DNA of 63,210 nucleotides, filler included, from an uncultured Methanospirillum sp. (GTDB taxonomy: Archaea > Halobacteriota > Methanomicrobia > Methanomicrobiales > Methanospirillaceae), in assembly GCA_964637135.1 (NCBI GenBank). It is 3 parts of 3 records of this genome, joined end to end, with 100 filler letters (N's around TTAATTAATTAA, not from the genome) between each part and the next. Parts side by side here need not be neighbours in the genome. Positions count along the whole stretch, not along the records: positions 28,012 to 53,255 come from CAZWTX010000036.1; 2 more parts are not named here. One strand, given 5' to 3'. The position numbers and the translations under genes were made by a program. Shown here in pieces: positions 41,219-51,391 of this stretch (positions are counted from its first letter, which is position 1; each line of letters starts with the position of its first letter). The notes under the pieces are model-generated. The model saw nothing but the letters and a program-made list of their open reading frames with translations, did no database searches and was not told the DNA's origin.

Positions 41219-43141
41219 ATGTCCATGGAACTGCTGGTATTCCTTATCCTGGTTCCATTTCTGACGGCTTTCCTCCTCCTCGCCGCCAGAGGTGATCCCA
41301 CCAGGAGGGCCCTCACCATCGCAGGCTCCCTCATCACCATCCTGAGTGCGTTTGCCATCCTGGTGACGTGGTATGCCGGATGTTTCCCGAGCAGCCCTGC
41401 AGTGTACCCTATCGATTCAAAAGCCTTGGATATCCTCGTTTTTCTCCTGGAAATCCTCATTGGCGGATACATCATCTCCATAGCGGTTCGGGGAAGACAA
41501 AAAATCCTCCTTGGAATCACCTGCCTGCAGGTTATCCTCATCATCATCGTAGAATGGATGACCGAACAGGTCACTGCCGGTACCGGGGATCTTTTCATTG
41601 ACCAGTTTTCAGTGATCATGGCCCTCATCATCGGGGTGATAGGTGGCCTGATCTGTATCTATGCTATCGGGTACATGCGGGAGTACCACGCCCATCACCC
41701 GGGATGTACTGACCGGAGAACAGGATTTTTCTTCCTTCTGTTTATCTTCCTTGGGGCGATGTACGGGATTGTCTTCTCAAATAACCTGATGCTCCTCTTC
41801 TTCTTCTGGGAGATCACGACCCTGTGTTCCTACCTCCTCATTGGGTACCCGAAAACAGAAGAGGCGACAGCCAATGCATTCCGGGCACTCCTGTACAACC
41901 AGATCGGATCCATCGGGTTTATCCTTGCGATCATCTGGCTCCTCGCAACTGACCCGTCCGGTGCATCACTCGGAATGAATACCCTCATCGCGGCTGGGTC
42001 TGCTGCCATCATCCCCGCCGTCCTGATCGGATTTGCAGGTCTTTCAAAAGCAGCCCAGCTCCCGTTTTCTTCATGGCTGGTCGGTGCCATGGTTGCCCCG
42101 ACGCCGGTCTCTGCCCTCCTTCATTCAAGCACGATGGTCAAGGCAGGAGTGTACGTGATCGTCAGGTTCGCACCGGTATACGAAGGAGAACTGGCCGGCA
42201 TTCTTATTGCCCTTGCAGGAGGCCTTACCTTCCTCGTGGCATCAGCCATCGCGGTCTCTGAGAGTAATGCAAAGAAAGTCCTTGCATACTCTACCATCGC
42301 CAACCTCGGGCTCATCGTAACCTGTGCCGGCGTGGGCAGCCCGGGAGCGATATGGGCAGCACTGTTCCTGATAATCTTTCATGCTATCTCAAAATCACTC
42401 CTCTTCCTCTCGGTGGGAACGGTTGAACACCGGATTGGAAGCAGGGATATCGAGGATATGACGGCACTGATCGTCAGGATGCCAAAGGTGGGGATGGTCA
42501 TCCTCTTCGGGATAGCCGGGATGTTCCTTGCACCCTTCGGAATGCTCATTTCAAAATGGGCGTCCTTACATGCATTTGCAGAAGCGGTCCCACCCTTCGG
42601 GATGATCCTGATCACTATTCTTGCCTACGGAAGCGGGATCACCGTCTTCTTCTGGGCTAAATGGATGGGAAAGATCATTGCGATACGAAGCAGCGACAGC
42701 CGTGATCCTGTCCCGGTGAGCCGTGATGAATGGACAGCCCTGTTCCCGCTTGCCATCCTGACTGTCATTGTCTGTTTCTTCTTCCCCGTGATATCATGGA
42801 CCCTCGTCGAGCCATACCTCGGCGCACTCTTCGGAACGATTGACCCGCTCCTCTCCATTTCAACAATTGAGATCATGTTCCTGATGCTGATCATCATCCT
42901 CATCCTTCCCCTGGCAATTGCACGGATCGGACGACCAGAACGACACAGTCAGGTTTACCTGGGAGGACTTGCCGAGCTGGACGGACCGGGATTTCAGGGA
43001 AGTCTTGCAAAACAGGAGATTGTTCTCTCCAATTACTACCTCGAAGAATGGTTTGGTGAGAAGCGATTGGTATCATATGGTTCTGCCGGGGCTATCATCA
43101 TATTCGTCTGTATTGCTGTAGTAGCCTGGGGGATACTATGA
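41219..43141 (+). CDS. echA: Ech hydrogenase subunit A (antiporter-like)
   Basis: FFWEITT, KAAQLPFSSWL, AMVAPTPVSALLHSSTMVKAG. Confidence 0.93.
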   Translation: MSMELLVFLILVPFLTAFLLLAARGDPTRRALTIAGSLITILSAFAILVTWYAGCFPSSPAVYPIDSKALDILVFLLEILIGGYIISIAVRGRQKILLGITCLQVILIIIVEWMTEQVTAGTGDLFIDQFSVIMALIIGVIGGLICIYAIGYMREYHAHHPGCTDRRTGFFFLLFIFLGAMYGIVFSNNLMLLFFFWEITTLCSYLLIGYPKTEEATANAFRALLYNQIGSIGFILAIIWLLATDPSGASLGMNTLIAAGSAAIIPAVLIGFAGLSKAAQLPFSSWLVGAMVAPTPVSALLHSSTMVKAGVYVIVRFAPVYEGELAGILIALAGGLTFLVASAIAVSESNAKKVLAYSTIANLGLIVTCAGVGSPGAIWAALFLIIFHAISKSLLFLSVGTVEHRIGSRDIEDMTALIVRMPKVGMVILFGIAGMFLAPFGMLISKWASLHAFAEAVPPFGMILITILAYGSGITVFFWAKWMGKIIAIRSSDSRDPVPVSRDEWTALFPLAILTVIVCFFFPVISWTLVEPYLGALFGTIDPLLSISTIEIMFLMLIIILILPLAIARIGRPERHSQVYLGGLAELDGPGFQGSLAKQEIVLSNYYLEEWFGEKRLVSYGSAGAIIIFVCIAVVAWGIL

Positions 43142-43986
43142 ACCCGTTCCTTGATGCATTCCTCTTCATTGTTCTCGGACCGGTTATTGCCATCCTGGTC
43201 ACGGGAACTGACCGGATCCTGACCGCGAGAATCCAGCGCCGGGTAGGACCGCCGATTCTGCAGCCGTTCTACGATATCAGGAAACTCTTTGAAAAAGAGA
43301 AGATAGCCGTCAGAACCGGGCAGGGATTTTTCATCTTCTGTAGTCTGATCATGATGATCTTCACAGGGGCACTCTTCTTCGGGGGGGGGGATATCCTGCT
43401 GGTCATATTTGCAATGACACTCTCACATATCCTCCTGATTCTCGGTGCCTACAGTTCTCACTCCCCCTATGCCCACATCGGGGCACAGCGGGAACTGCTC
43501 ATGCTGATGGCGGTAGAACCGATGTTCATCATCGCATCGATCGGGTTTTTCGAAGCATACGGGACATTTTATATCGGGGAGATGCTTGAAGTATCCTTCC
43601 CGGGCATTCTTCTCCTCCCGGGTGTGTTCATCGGATTTGTATATATCCTGACATTCCGGCTGCGCAAGTCTCCATTTGATCTCTCCACTTCCCATCACGC
43701 CCACCAGGAACTCGTAAAGGGAGTTAACACGGAATTTGCAGGACCCATCCTGGGGATGGTCGAGATCCTCCACCTGTATGAATTAATCCTGATGCTCGGG
43801 TTCATGTACCTCTTCTTTGCATTTAATCCCCTCCTGGCCCTCATCGTCATTGCGATCGTATACGTTGCAGAGATAATCGTTGATAATGCAACCTGCCGTG
43901 TAAAATGGCAGCTTGCCCTGAAAAGTGCCTGGCTGGTAACGCTCATCGCCGGAGCTGGAAATATCATCGCCATTTCAATGTTGTGA
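43138..43986 (+). CDS. echB: Ech hydrogenase subunit B (NuoH-like)
   Basis: ARIQRRVGPP, KSPFDLSTSHHAHQELVKG. Confidence 0.93.
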   Translation: MNPFLDAFLFIVLGPVIAILVTGTDRILTARIQRRVGPPILQPFYDIRKLFEKEKIAVRTGQGFFIFCSLIMMIFTGALFFGGGDILLVIFAMTLSHILLILGAYSSHSPYAHIGAQRELLMLMAVEPMFIIASIGFFEAYGTFYIGEMLEVSFPGILLLPGVFIGFVYILTFRLRKSPFDLSTSHHAHQELVKGVNTEFAGPILGMVEILHLYELILMLGFMYLFFAFNPLLALIVIAIVYVAEIIVDNATCRVKWQLALKSAWLVTLIAGAGNIIAISML

Positions 43987-43991
43987 GAATC

Positions 43992-44435
43992 ATGCCATAC
44001 CTGAAACGTTCACCATGGATCCTCCATTATGATGCTTCCAGCTGTAATGGATGCGATATCGAGGTACTTGCCTGCCTGACACCGCTCTATGACGTAGAAA
44101 GGTTCGGGATCATCAACACCGGGAATCCCCGGCATGCTGATATCCTCCTTATCACCGGCGGAGTTAACGAACAGAACCGGAATGTCATCCAGACCCTGTA
44201 TGACCAGATGCCTGATCCGAAGGTGGTTGTTGCGATCGGAATCTGTGCCTGTTCCGGCGGGATCTTCCGGTCCTGTTACAACATCGCGGGAGGGGTGGGT
44301 GAATTCATCCCGGTCGATGTATATGTTCCCGGTTGTGCCGTACGGCCGGAGGCAATCATCGACGGGGTGATCTCGGCCCTTGCCAGGCTTGAAGAGAAAC
44401 ATGCCATACGAAACGGCAGGGAGGTGCCCGCATGA
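43992..44435 (+). CDS. echC: Ech hydrogenase small subunit C
   Basis: SCNGCDIE, GICACSGG, VPGCAVRPE. Start ATG 43992. Confidence 0.94.
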   Translation: MPYLKRSPWILHYDASSCNGCDIEVLACLTPLYDVERFGIINTGNPRHADILLITGGVNEQNRNVIQTLYDQMPDPKVVVAIGICACSGGIFRSCYNIAGGVGEFIPVDVYVPGCAVRPEAIIDGVISALARLEEKHAIRNGREVPA

Positions 44436-44809
44436 GTATAGCCCAGATCATCGAAGAGATCCCGGTTGATCAGCTCCTCTCCCTTATCAGGAAAAAATGG
44501 GACGAGGAAGCACGGCTGGTCGTGATCGTCTGTTCACGGACGGAAACCGGATTTGAAATCAGTTATACTTTTGACCGGGAGTATCAGCTCGGGACACTCC
44601 GGATCCATACCGACGGGTCTTCCCCGGTTCCGAGCATCTCCGGGATTTACCTTGCCGCCTTCCCCCATGAGAACGAGATCGCCGATCTCTATGGTATCAC
44701 CTTTGAGGGGCTTGTCCTCGATTACCATGGATCCTATATCCGGACCATGGAACCCCATCCATTTGGAAAACCCACAGTAACCGTCAGAAAGGGAGGTGAT
44801 TCAGCATGA
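44432..44809 (+). CDS. echD: Ech hydrogenase subunit D (NuoC-like)
   Basis: PSISGIY...ENEIADLYGITF. Confidence 0.9.
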   Translation: MSIAQIIEEIPVDQLLSLIRKKWDEEARLVVIVCSRTETGFEISYTFDREYQLGTLRIHTDGSSPVPSISGIYLAAFPHENEIADLYGITFEGLVLDYHGSYIRTMEPHPFGKPTVTVRKGGDSA

Positions 44810-45885
44810 GTCACCGGACCGTTGTTCCTTTCGGCCCGCAGCACCCGGTCTTACCCGAACCCATCCATCTCGACCTGATCCTCGAAGATGAGAAGGTCGT
44901 CGAAGCAATTCCTTCCATCGGGTATGTTCACCGTGGTCTGGAAAAACTGGTTGAAAAGAGGGATTATAAGGACTATGTCTTCATAGCCGAACGCATATGC
45001 GGAATCTGTAGTTTCATCCATAGTGAGTGTTACTGCCGGGCGGTTGAATCGGTCATGGGGATTGAGCCTCCGGCCCGGGCCGAGTATCTTCGGACTATCT
45101 GGTCTGAGTACTCCCGTATGCACAGTCATCTTCTCTGGCTCGGGCTCTATGCTGACTCCATGGGATACGAGAACGTCTTCATGCAGGCATGGCGGATGCG
45201 TGAAAAGATCCTTGACGTTTTCGATGCGACGACCGGGGGCCGGGTTATCCAGAGCAGTTGCAAGGTTGGCGGGGTCCGCAGGGATGTCAGCCCTGAACTG
45301 CTGGCATCAATGAAAAACGGTCTTGAAGATCTCTCCCGTGAATATCAGATGCTTGATTCAGTATTCAGCAGTGACAAAACGATCCAGACCCGAACCCGGG
45401 ATGTCGGGATCCTCACCAAACAGGATGCGGCTCACCTCGGGGCGGTCGGTCCGGTGGTCAGGGCCAGCGGGATTGAACTGGATACGAGGCAGACCGGATA
45501 TGCAGCATACCGGGATCTCGATTTTGAACCGGTGGTTCTTGACAGCGGAGACTGTTACGACCGGTGCATGGTCAGAGTTGGTGAACTCTTCTCATCTGTA
45601 AGCCTCATCAGACAGGCGATCAACCAGATCCCGGATGGAGAGACAGAGGTGAAGGTGAAAGGAAACCCTGACGGGGAATTTTATGCCCGGGCCGAACAAC
45701 CGCGTGGCGAGGTAATCCATTATATCAAGGCAGCCGGAAAGAAAAATCTCGTCCGTCACCGGGTTAGAACACCAACGATGGCCAACCTCGCACCCCTGGT
45801 CTCCATGCTGAAAGGATGCGAACTTGCTGACGTCCCGGTTATTGTCCTCTCAATCGATCCCTGTATCGGCTGTATGGAGCGGTGA
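44806..45885 (+). CDS. echE: Ech [NiFe]-hydrogenase large subunit E
   Basis: PFGPQHP, ERICGIC, C-terminal DPCIGCMER with no cleavable extension. Confidence 0.96.
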   Translation: MSHRTVVPFGPQHPVLPEPIHLDLILEDEKVVEAIPSIGYVHRGLEKLVEKRDYKDYVFIAERICGICSFIHSECYCRAVESVMGIEPPARAEYLRTIWSEYSRMHSHLLWLGLYADSMGYENVFMQAWRMREKILDVFDATTGGRVIQSSCKVGGVRRDVSPELLASMKNGLEDLSREYQMLDSVFSSDKTIQTRTRDVGILTKQDAAHLGAVGPVVRASGIELDTRQTGYAAYRDLDFEPVVLDSGDCYDRCMVRVGELFSSVSLIRQAINQIPDGETEVKVKGNPDGEFYARAEQPRGEVIHYIKAAGKKNLVRHRVRTPTMANLAPLVSMLKGCELADVPVIVLSIDPCIGCMER

Positions 45886-45888
45886 ACC

Positions 45889-46242
45889 ATGAGTATGCTT
45901 GCGATTATCAGAAGCATCTGCAACGGACTGGTGAAAGGTCCGGTCACCCACCGGTACCCGTCTGTACCGGCCAGGTCGACACCAGTTACGCGGGGAAGGC
46001 TTGAGATTACCATCGATGACTGTATTTTCTGCGGGCTCTGCTCGATGCACTGCCCCGCGGATGCAATCACCGTCAGCAAGCCTGATCTGACCTGGTCCCT
46101 GGACCGGTTCAGGTGCATCATCTGCGGATGCTGCGTCGAATACTGTCCGAAAGACTGTCTCCATCTTGAACCGGCATACTTACCTCCGGAGTCCGGGCCG
46201 GTTCTGTTCACCGCGAAGGGAACGACACGGGAAGAAAAATAA
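45889..46242 (+). CDS. echF: Ech hydrogenase subunit F (2x[4Fe-4S])
   Basis: CIFCGLCSMHCP and CIICGCCVEYCP. Confidence 0.93.
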   Translation: MSMLAIIRSICNGLVKGPVTHRYPSVPARSTPVTRGRLEITIDDCIFCGLCSMHCPADAITVSKPDLTWSLDRFRCIICGCCVEYCPKDCLHLEPAYLPPESGPVLFTAKGTTREEK

Positions 46243-46293
46243 CATTGAATGAGGTTCAGAGTTCAGAGCCGCAGTCTACACACCGGCGGTTCT

Positions 46294-46434
46294 TTACCTG
46301 ACCAGACATGCATGCTGAAGGAATGCTCCGGCAAGGATGATCACCACCGGAAGTCCCAGGTGGATAATGAATGCAGCTGTTTTGGAGACTCTGCTGACAA
46401 TATCGCGATACGGGTTATGAACGGTTGTGTGCAT
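46294..46434 (-). CDS. putative 46-aa single-pass membrane protein
   Basis: MHTTVHNPYRDIVSRVSKTAAFIIHLGLPVVIILAGAFLQHACLVR*; below the ORF-track size cutoff; AT-rich upstream region and downstream hairpin. Confidence 0.4.
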   Translation of the reverse strand: MHTTVHNPYRDIVSRVSKTAAFIIHLGLPVVIILAGAFLQHACLVR

Positions 46435-46515
46435 GTAAAAGAGGTTTTACAAAATGTATTATGTAGTTTCCTCTCCCCGGAGACCTGAACAGCCGGCACC
46501 ACCGAGATACTACTG

Positions 46516-47484
46516 ATGAACGAGCAGGTCATGCTCTGGAACGAGGACTGTATTGTTGGGGCGGGAAGACACCTGCCCGACGGGTCGGTAGACCTTATCA
46601 TCACCGATCCCCCGTATGGTATCGGTGGGGATCACCTCCACCGTCACTATAACCGGAAAGAGAACTTCGTGGCAGATGGATACATCGAGATACCGGACGA
46701 TGAATACGGGGCTTTTTGCATGGCCTGGATTCGGGAAGCAGAACGGGTACTCAGACCGGGCGGTTCTATCTACATCGTCTCCGGATATACCAACCTCTTC
46801 CATATCCTCGCAGCTCTCAGGGAGACAACACTTCGGGAAATAAACCACATCATCTGGAAATACAACTTCGGGGTTTGGACGAGCAGAAAATACATCTCAT
46901 CCCATTACCACATCCTCTATTATTCAAAACCAGGCGGTGAAAGGACATTCAACCTTGAATGCCGGTTCGGGACCGGAGAGAAAAATACCGAAGGCAGATC
47001 ACTCAATTACCAGGATCGGGAGGATGTCTGGATCATCAGCCGTGAGTACAAACCCGGGCAGGTAAAAAACAAGAATGAACTTCCAGTCGCGCTTCTCTCC
47101 CGGATGATCCTCTATTCCAGCAATCCCGGGGATCTCGTCTGTGATTTCTTCCTAGGGGGATGTTCCACAGCAAGAGTTGCGATCGGCCTGAACCGGAGAA
47201 TCTGCGGATTCGAGCGTTCGAAAGAGATCTTCGGGATCCGGGAACCTGAAATATCAGCACTTTCTCCCGGATTTCTCCTTAAAACCATCCGGGTACCTGA
47301 AAAACTGCTCGGTCCTGCAACCCGTCACCGCTGGACGGAACCTGAACTTGTGATCATACGGAACCGGCACACCGAACTCTCAGGCCAGGGAAGAACAAAA
47401 AAGGAAATTATCGCTCACCTCATGGATGAGTTCCATGCCGGACGCTTTGCAATCATGGGTGCGATGAAGAAGGCAGGGATCTGA
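46516..47484 (+). CDS. N4-C/N6-A DNA methyltransferase (beta class) with C-terminal helical extension
   Basis: LIITDPPY near the N-terminus, DFFLGGCSTA motif I near the C-terminus. Confidence 0.9.
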   Translation: MNEQVMLWNEDCIVGAGRHLPDGSVDLIITDPPYGIGGDHLHRHYNRKENFVADGYIEIPDDEYGAFCMAWIREAERVLRPGGSIYIVSGYTNLFHILAALRETTLREINHIIWKYNFGVWTSRKYISSHYHILYYSKPGGERTFNLECRFGTGEKNTEGRSLNYQDREDVWIISREYKPGQVKNKNELPVALLSRMILYSSNPGDLVCDFFLGGCSTARVAIGLNRRICGFERSKEIFGIREPEISALSPGFLLKTIRVPEKLLGPATRHRWTEPELVIIRNRHTELSGQGRTKKEIIAHLMDEFHAGRFAIMGAMKKAGI

Positions 47485-48594
47485 TCAGATTTCAATCAGT
47501 GTGTAATTACGGGATCCAAGCCCGAAGTCATGTCCGTACATGATCTGATGATACCCTTCAACCTTGTCCCAAACCCCGGTGAACTTATTTTCGCCCGGAG
47601 CATGGTGCGAATGGAGGCAACTCTGTGTAAGTCCCTGCTGCTGGTTGATGAGATCGATTGCGGCAGCATCGATTGCCACTGGATCACGCGATGCAAGAAA
47701 TCCGATATCCGGAACGATGGGGGCCTCACTCCAGGGAACACAGTCACAGTCAGGAGTTACCGAAAGGAGAAAACTGATGTATCCGGTTTTTTCTTCTTTT
47801 CCTTGTATCGCACCGGCAGCATACTCAACCATCCGTTCGATGAAGAGGGGGACATCCCTTGTCCAGTTGAAGTCAATGGCATCTTTCGGACAGACCTGCA
47901 GGCAGGCAGAACATCCGTAACATACTGACTTGTCCACCCGGGCTTTCCTGCCGTCGCACCGGATTGCGTTAAATGGACACTGGGTAACACAGAATCCACA
48001 CCCGATACAGTTCTGTTCATTGACTTCAGCCTGCATTCCCTGGTGCTGGTCACGCTTTCCGACCGGCGGCGCACATCCCATGGCAAGGTTCTTAATCGCC
48101 CCGCCAAACCCGCAGAGGGCATGTCCTTTCACATGGGAGAGGACAACCATAGCGTCAGCATCAAGGATGTCGCCGGCGATGGAGACTTCTCTGAAATGCT
48201 TCCCGTCTATCATGACCTTTCTCCAGTTATCCCCCCTGAGCCCGTCGGCGATGATAACCGGGGCATTCACGACTGACGGTACAAATCCATGTCTCGTTGC
48301 CGTCTCCAGGTGCCCGACGGCATCATGTCGGGACCCGATGTACATGGTACTCGTATCGGTGAGGAAAGGACGACCCCCGGCTTCTTTAACCTCGTCGACG
48401 ACCTGGCGGACAAAGACCGGTTTGATAAAGGTGTCATTTCCCAGTTCACCAAAATGGAGCTTGATTGCAGTGAGATCGGCATCTTCGAACAGGGAATCAA
48501 ATCCCGCTTGTTCGAATAATCCGGAAATCTTGGTAAGATTATTCTCTTCCGGCCCTTTATTTCGCATCCTGGCTAAGTACACCTCGCTTCCCAT
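47485..48594 (-). CDS. DUF362 Fe-S protein with inserted 2x[4Fe-4S] ferredoxin
   Basis: IKLHFGELGN, SHVKGH, GGAIKNLAMGC, two CxxCxxCxxxCP motifs, PDCDC, DPVAIDAA. Confidence 0.9.
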   Translation of the reverse strand: MGSEVYLARMRNKGPEENNLTKISGLFEQAGFDSLFEDADLTAIKLHFGELGNDTFIKPVFVRQVVDEVKEAGGRPFLTDTSTMYIGSRHDAVGHLETATRHGFVPSVVNAPVIIADGLRGDNWRKVMIDGKHFREVSIAGDILDADAMVVLSHVKGHALCGFGGAIKNLAMGCAPPVGKRDQHQGMQAEVNEQNCIGCGFCVTQCPFNAIRCDGRKARVDKSVCYGCSACLQVCPKDAIDFNWTRDVPLFIERMVEYAAGAIQGKEEKTGYISFLLSVTPDCDCVPWSEAPIVPDIGFLASRDPVAIDAAAIDLINQQQGLTQSCLHSHHAPGENKFTGVWDKVEGYHQIMYGHDFGLGSRNYTLIEI

Positions 48595-48637
48595 GATATC
48601 GCCAGTACCGAGATTGTTCCCGATCCATATGAATGCA

Positions 48638-49564
48638 TCAGGAGAGAGCAGTCAGGAGAAGACCGGCAACAGGGAGGGTGAGAAGGGAGAGGAGGGTGGA
48701 GAGAAAGACACCTTTCGAAGCAAACTCGGCATTAACCCCGTATTCCTCTGCCATGAGAACAGTGTTCGCCGCTACCGGCATAGCCGCAAGGAGAACCGGG
48801 ATAGCGATGAGCACGGGATCAGATACAATCCTGCTTATGACCAGCCACAGGACAAAGGGAATAATAACCAGCCTGAAAACGCAGACTGCCCATATCCGTC
48901 GATCTGAAAAAACCGTTCCGATCGGAAAGGTTGCAAGGAGCGCCCCGATAACCACCATAGCAAGAGGTGTCGTGACTGAACCGAGAAGATCAAGGGTATC
49001 GGAGAGGGGTGACGGGATAGTTATCCCGGTAAAGAAGAAGATCAGTCCGATCACGGAAGCAACAAGACCGGGAGTAAGGATCCGGTAGAGTTCACTGATC
49101 TTGATAAAATCTGGCCTGAGCAGGGATATCCCAAGTGTGAAGACGAGGAATCCGAAGGGGATATTCACCAGGGTGACATAAAAGTAGGATTCCTCGCCAA
49201 AAAGGGCATATGAAACCGGATAACCCATGAATCCGAGATTGGAGAAGAGGAGCATAAACCTGACAACGCCTGATTCAAACCGGGAGACAGAGAGGAAGAA
49301 GGTAAGAATTAGTCCGGATATGAATGCAATAAGATAGCATACTGCCTCGATGAGAAAGATCCATTCGATATCAGATACCAGATCAGGGGAGAGCGGAACC
49401 TGCATACTCCCGATGATCAGGCAGGGGAGGGTGATATTCACGAGCAATGACGACAGACCGCTTACCCCCTGCCGGGTGATGTATCCTGACCTGAATGCAA
49501 GGAATCCGACACCTATCATAAGGAAAAGGGTGACGATACTCGACAGGATTGGGTAGAGATCCAT
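48638..49564 (-). CDS. AEC (auxin efflux carrier) family transporter
   Basis: LPCLI, SNLGFMGYP, PLAMVVIG, AMPVAAN. Confidence 0.9.
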   Translation of the reverse strand: MDLYPILSSIVTLFLMIGVGFLAFRSGYITRQGVSGLSSLLVNITLPCLIIGSMQVPLSPDLVSDIEWIFLIEAVCYLIAFISGLILTFFLSVSRFESGVVRFMLLFSNLGFMGYPVSYALFGEESYFYVTLVNIPFGFLVFTLGISLLRPDFIKISELYRILTPGLVASVIGLIFFFTGITIPSPLSDTLDLLGSVTTPLAMVVIGALLATFPIGTVFSDRRIWAVCVFRLVIIPFVLWLVISRIVSDPVLIAIPVLLAAMPVAANTVLMAEEYGVNAEFASKGVFLSTLLSLLTLPVAGLLLTALS

Positions 49565-49663
49565 GCACGAATCACCATAATGGTGGACCATTCCTGGTGA
49601 TGAAAGCTCCGGGAGAGGAGAGTCGATCCAAAGATTCTTTTCTCCCGCCGTGGGGGTACTGGT

Positions 49664-50119
49664 ATGTTCAGAAAGATTCTCGTCGGTGTTGATGGTTCAG
49701 ATATCGGATACAAAGCCTTGAAAACTGCAGTCAGCCTTGCAAAACCTCTCGGCGCCTCACTTGATATCCTGTATGTTCTTCCCAAAAGAATGCAGCCGAT
49801 TCTCTCTGAACGGGCGGTTATGGCTGAGTTCGGGGGTGATGAAAATTCCCCGCCCCCGGCTCTTAAAGGAATGGACGATGAGGTCCTGAACAAGGCCGAA
49901 CAGATTGCCACAGAACTTGGGATGAAGGCTTCCTGTCATTCGTTTATCGGATCTCCGGCAGAGATCATTACTACCTTTGCCGATGAGAACAACAACGATC
50001 TCATCGTGGTGGCTTCCGGAAAGGGTCCGGCAGACCGGTTCGTCCTCGGAAGTGTAAGTGATGCGATCGTCAGGGAAAGCGGAAAACCGGTCCTCGTGAT
50101 CAAGCCGGATGAATCCTGA
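49664..50119 (+). CDS. universal stress protein
   Basis: KILVGVDGS, GSPAEII, LGSVSDAIV; GGGGG-type RBS upstream. Confidence 0.92.
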   Translation: MFRKILVGVDGSDIGYKALKTAVSLAKPLGASLDILYVLPKRMQPILSERAVMAEFGGDENSPPPALKGMDDEVLNKAEQIATELGMKASCHSFIGSPAEIITTFADENNNDLIVVASGKGPADRFVLGSVSDAIVRESGKPVLVIKPDES

Positions 50120-50262
50120 TAACACCGCCGGTCCTTTTTTTCCGGGTACCTGGCACGGATTTCCCCGATAGCCGTCACCAGGGATCCTTCCCGGTTATCA
50201 ATGGTCCACAAGCCCCTCCCCATGACCTTGCGGGATAGCATATTATGCTGATGCGATGAACC

Positions 50263-50835
50263 ATGATACGAATTATCATGATAGAACTCATTATCGGGGC
50301 AGTAATCATTCTTGTCCTGGTTATCCTGGTATTATGGTTCTTTTCCATCTATAACCGGTTTTTTGCCCTTAAGAACTCACACGAGGCAACGCTCGGTCAG
50401 ATCCGGGTAGCCCTGAAAAAACGCCTTGACATGATCGAACAACTGCTCGGCGCAGTCAAGAGTTATGCAACCTTCGAAAAGGAGACCCTCGAAAAAGTAA
50501 CCGCAATGCGTGCCTCGGTTGGATCAGCCGGAGCAGGAGATCTCACCACGCTTGAGAACGAATCACGGTCCATCCTGGGAAGGCTCTTTGCGGTGATGGA
50601 AAATTACCCGGACCTCAAAACATCCCAGACGGTGACCAACCTGATGGAGGCAGTAAAAAGCGTGGAGGACGAGATTGCCCGTCAGAGGTACACCGGAAAC
50701 AACATCGCCGAACAGTTCAATACGATGATAGACACGATACCCTCCAATATCGTCGGACGGATGATCGGCCTTGTGAAACTGCCATACCTCGAATTCGAAG
50801 AGGATATCGAAAAGAGACCTGAAATTTCCTTCTGA
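50263..50835 (+). CDS. lemA: LemA family protein
   Basis: N-terminal [22 protein letters not shown]; start may be 50278. Confidence 0.9.
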   Translation: MIRIIMIELIIGAVIILVLVILVLWFFSIYNRFFALKNSHEATLGQIRVALKKRLDMIEQLLGAVKSYATFEKETLEKVTAMRASVGSAGAGDLTTLENESRSILGRLFAVMENYPDLKTSQTVTNLMEAVKSVEDEIARQRYTGNNIAEQFNTMIDTIPSNIVGRMIGLVKLPYLEFEEDIEKRPEISF

Positions 50836-50843
50836 ACCCTTTT

Positions 50844-51290
50844 TCACCCGGTCTCGGCAACCATCCGGCCATCCAGAAAGATCCGGACAACACCACCGCT
50901 CTCTGATACAACAATACCAGCCGCTTTTGTCTCGCCGGTGATGGCAGCAACTGAAACGTGTCTTGTTCCGAATCCTTTCGGGAGATCCACCGATCCGGTA
51001 TCGATCGAGATATATCGGCCGGCTGCCACGACCACGCCATCCCCGCGGATAACAAAAGCCCCGTCAACCAGGGAGAGTTCTTTAATATTCTCCCGCATGT
51101 CAGGGTTGGTTATCATCCGCTCTACATCGGAATGACCCTCGACCGGATTCAGGATGAGCTGACGGGATCGTTCCAGCACCTCTTCGGTATCACCGAGAAT
51201 AAATGCCGTCCCTACCTTCTTTCCTTCCCGTCCCTCCCTGGCGATCTCGATTGCAATTCCGAGAACCTCCCGGAGGATTACCGGATCACC
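50844..51290 (-). CDS. diadenylate cyclase (DAC/DisA_N) domain; 5' part lies in or across the gap
   Basis: AIEIAREGREGKKVGTAF, ELSLVDGAFVI, GFGTRHVS, VVSESGG. Confidence 0.88.
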   Translation of the reverse strand, partial: GDPVILREVLGIAIEIAREGREGKKVGTAFILGDTEEVLERSRQLILNPVEGHSDVERMITNPDMRENIKELSLVDGAFVIRGDGVVVAAGRYISIDTGSVDLPKGFGTRHVSVAAITGETKAAGIVVSESGGVVRIFLDGRMVAETG

Positions 51291-51291
51291 T

Positions 51292-51391
51292 NNNNNNNNN
51301 NNNNNNNNNNNNNNNNNNNNNNNNNNNNNNNNNNNNNNNNNNNNNNNNNNNNNNNNNNNNNNNNNNNNNNNNNNNNNNNNNNNNNNNNNNN
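51292..51391. other. intra-scaffold gap of 100 N, no linker
   Basis: Plain N-run. Confidence 0.97.
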
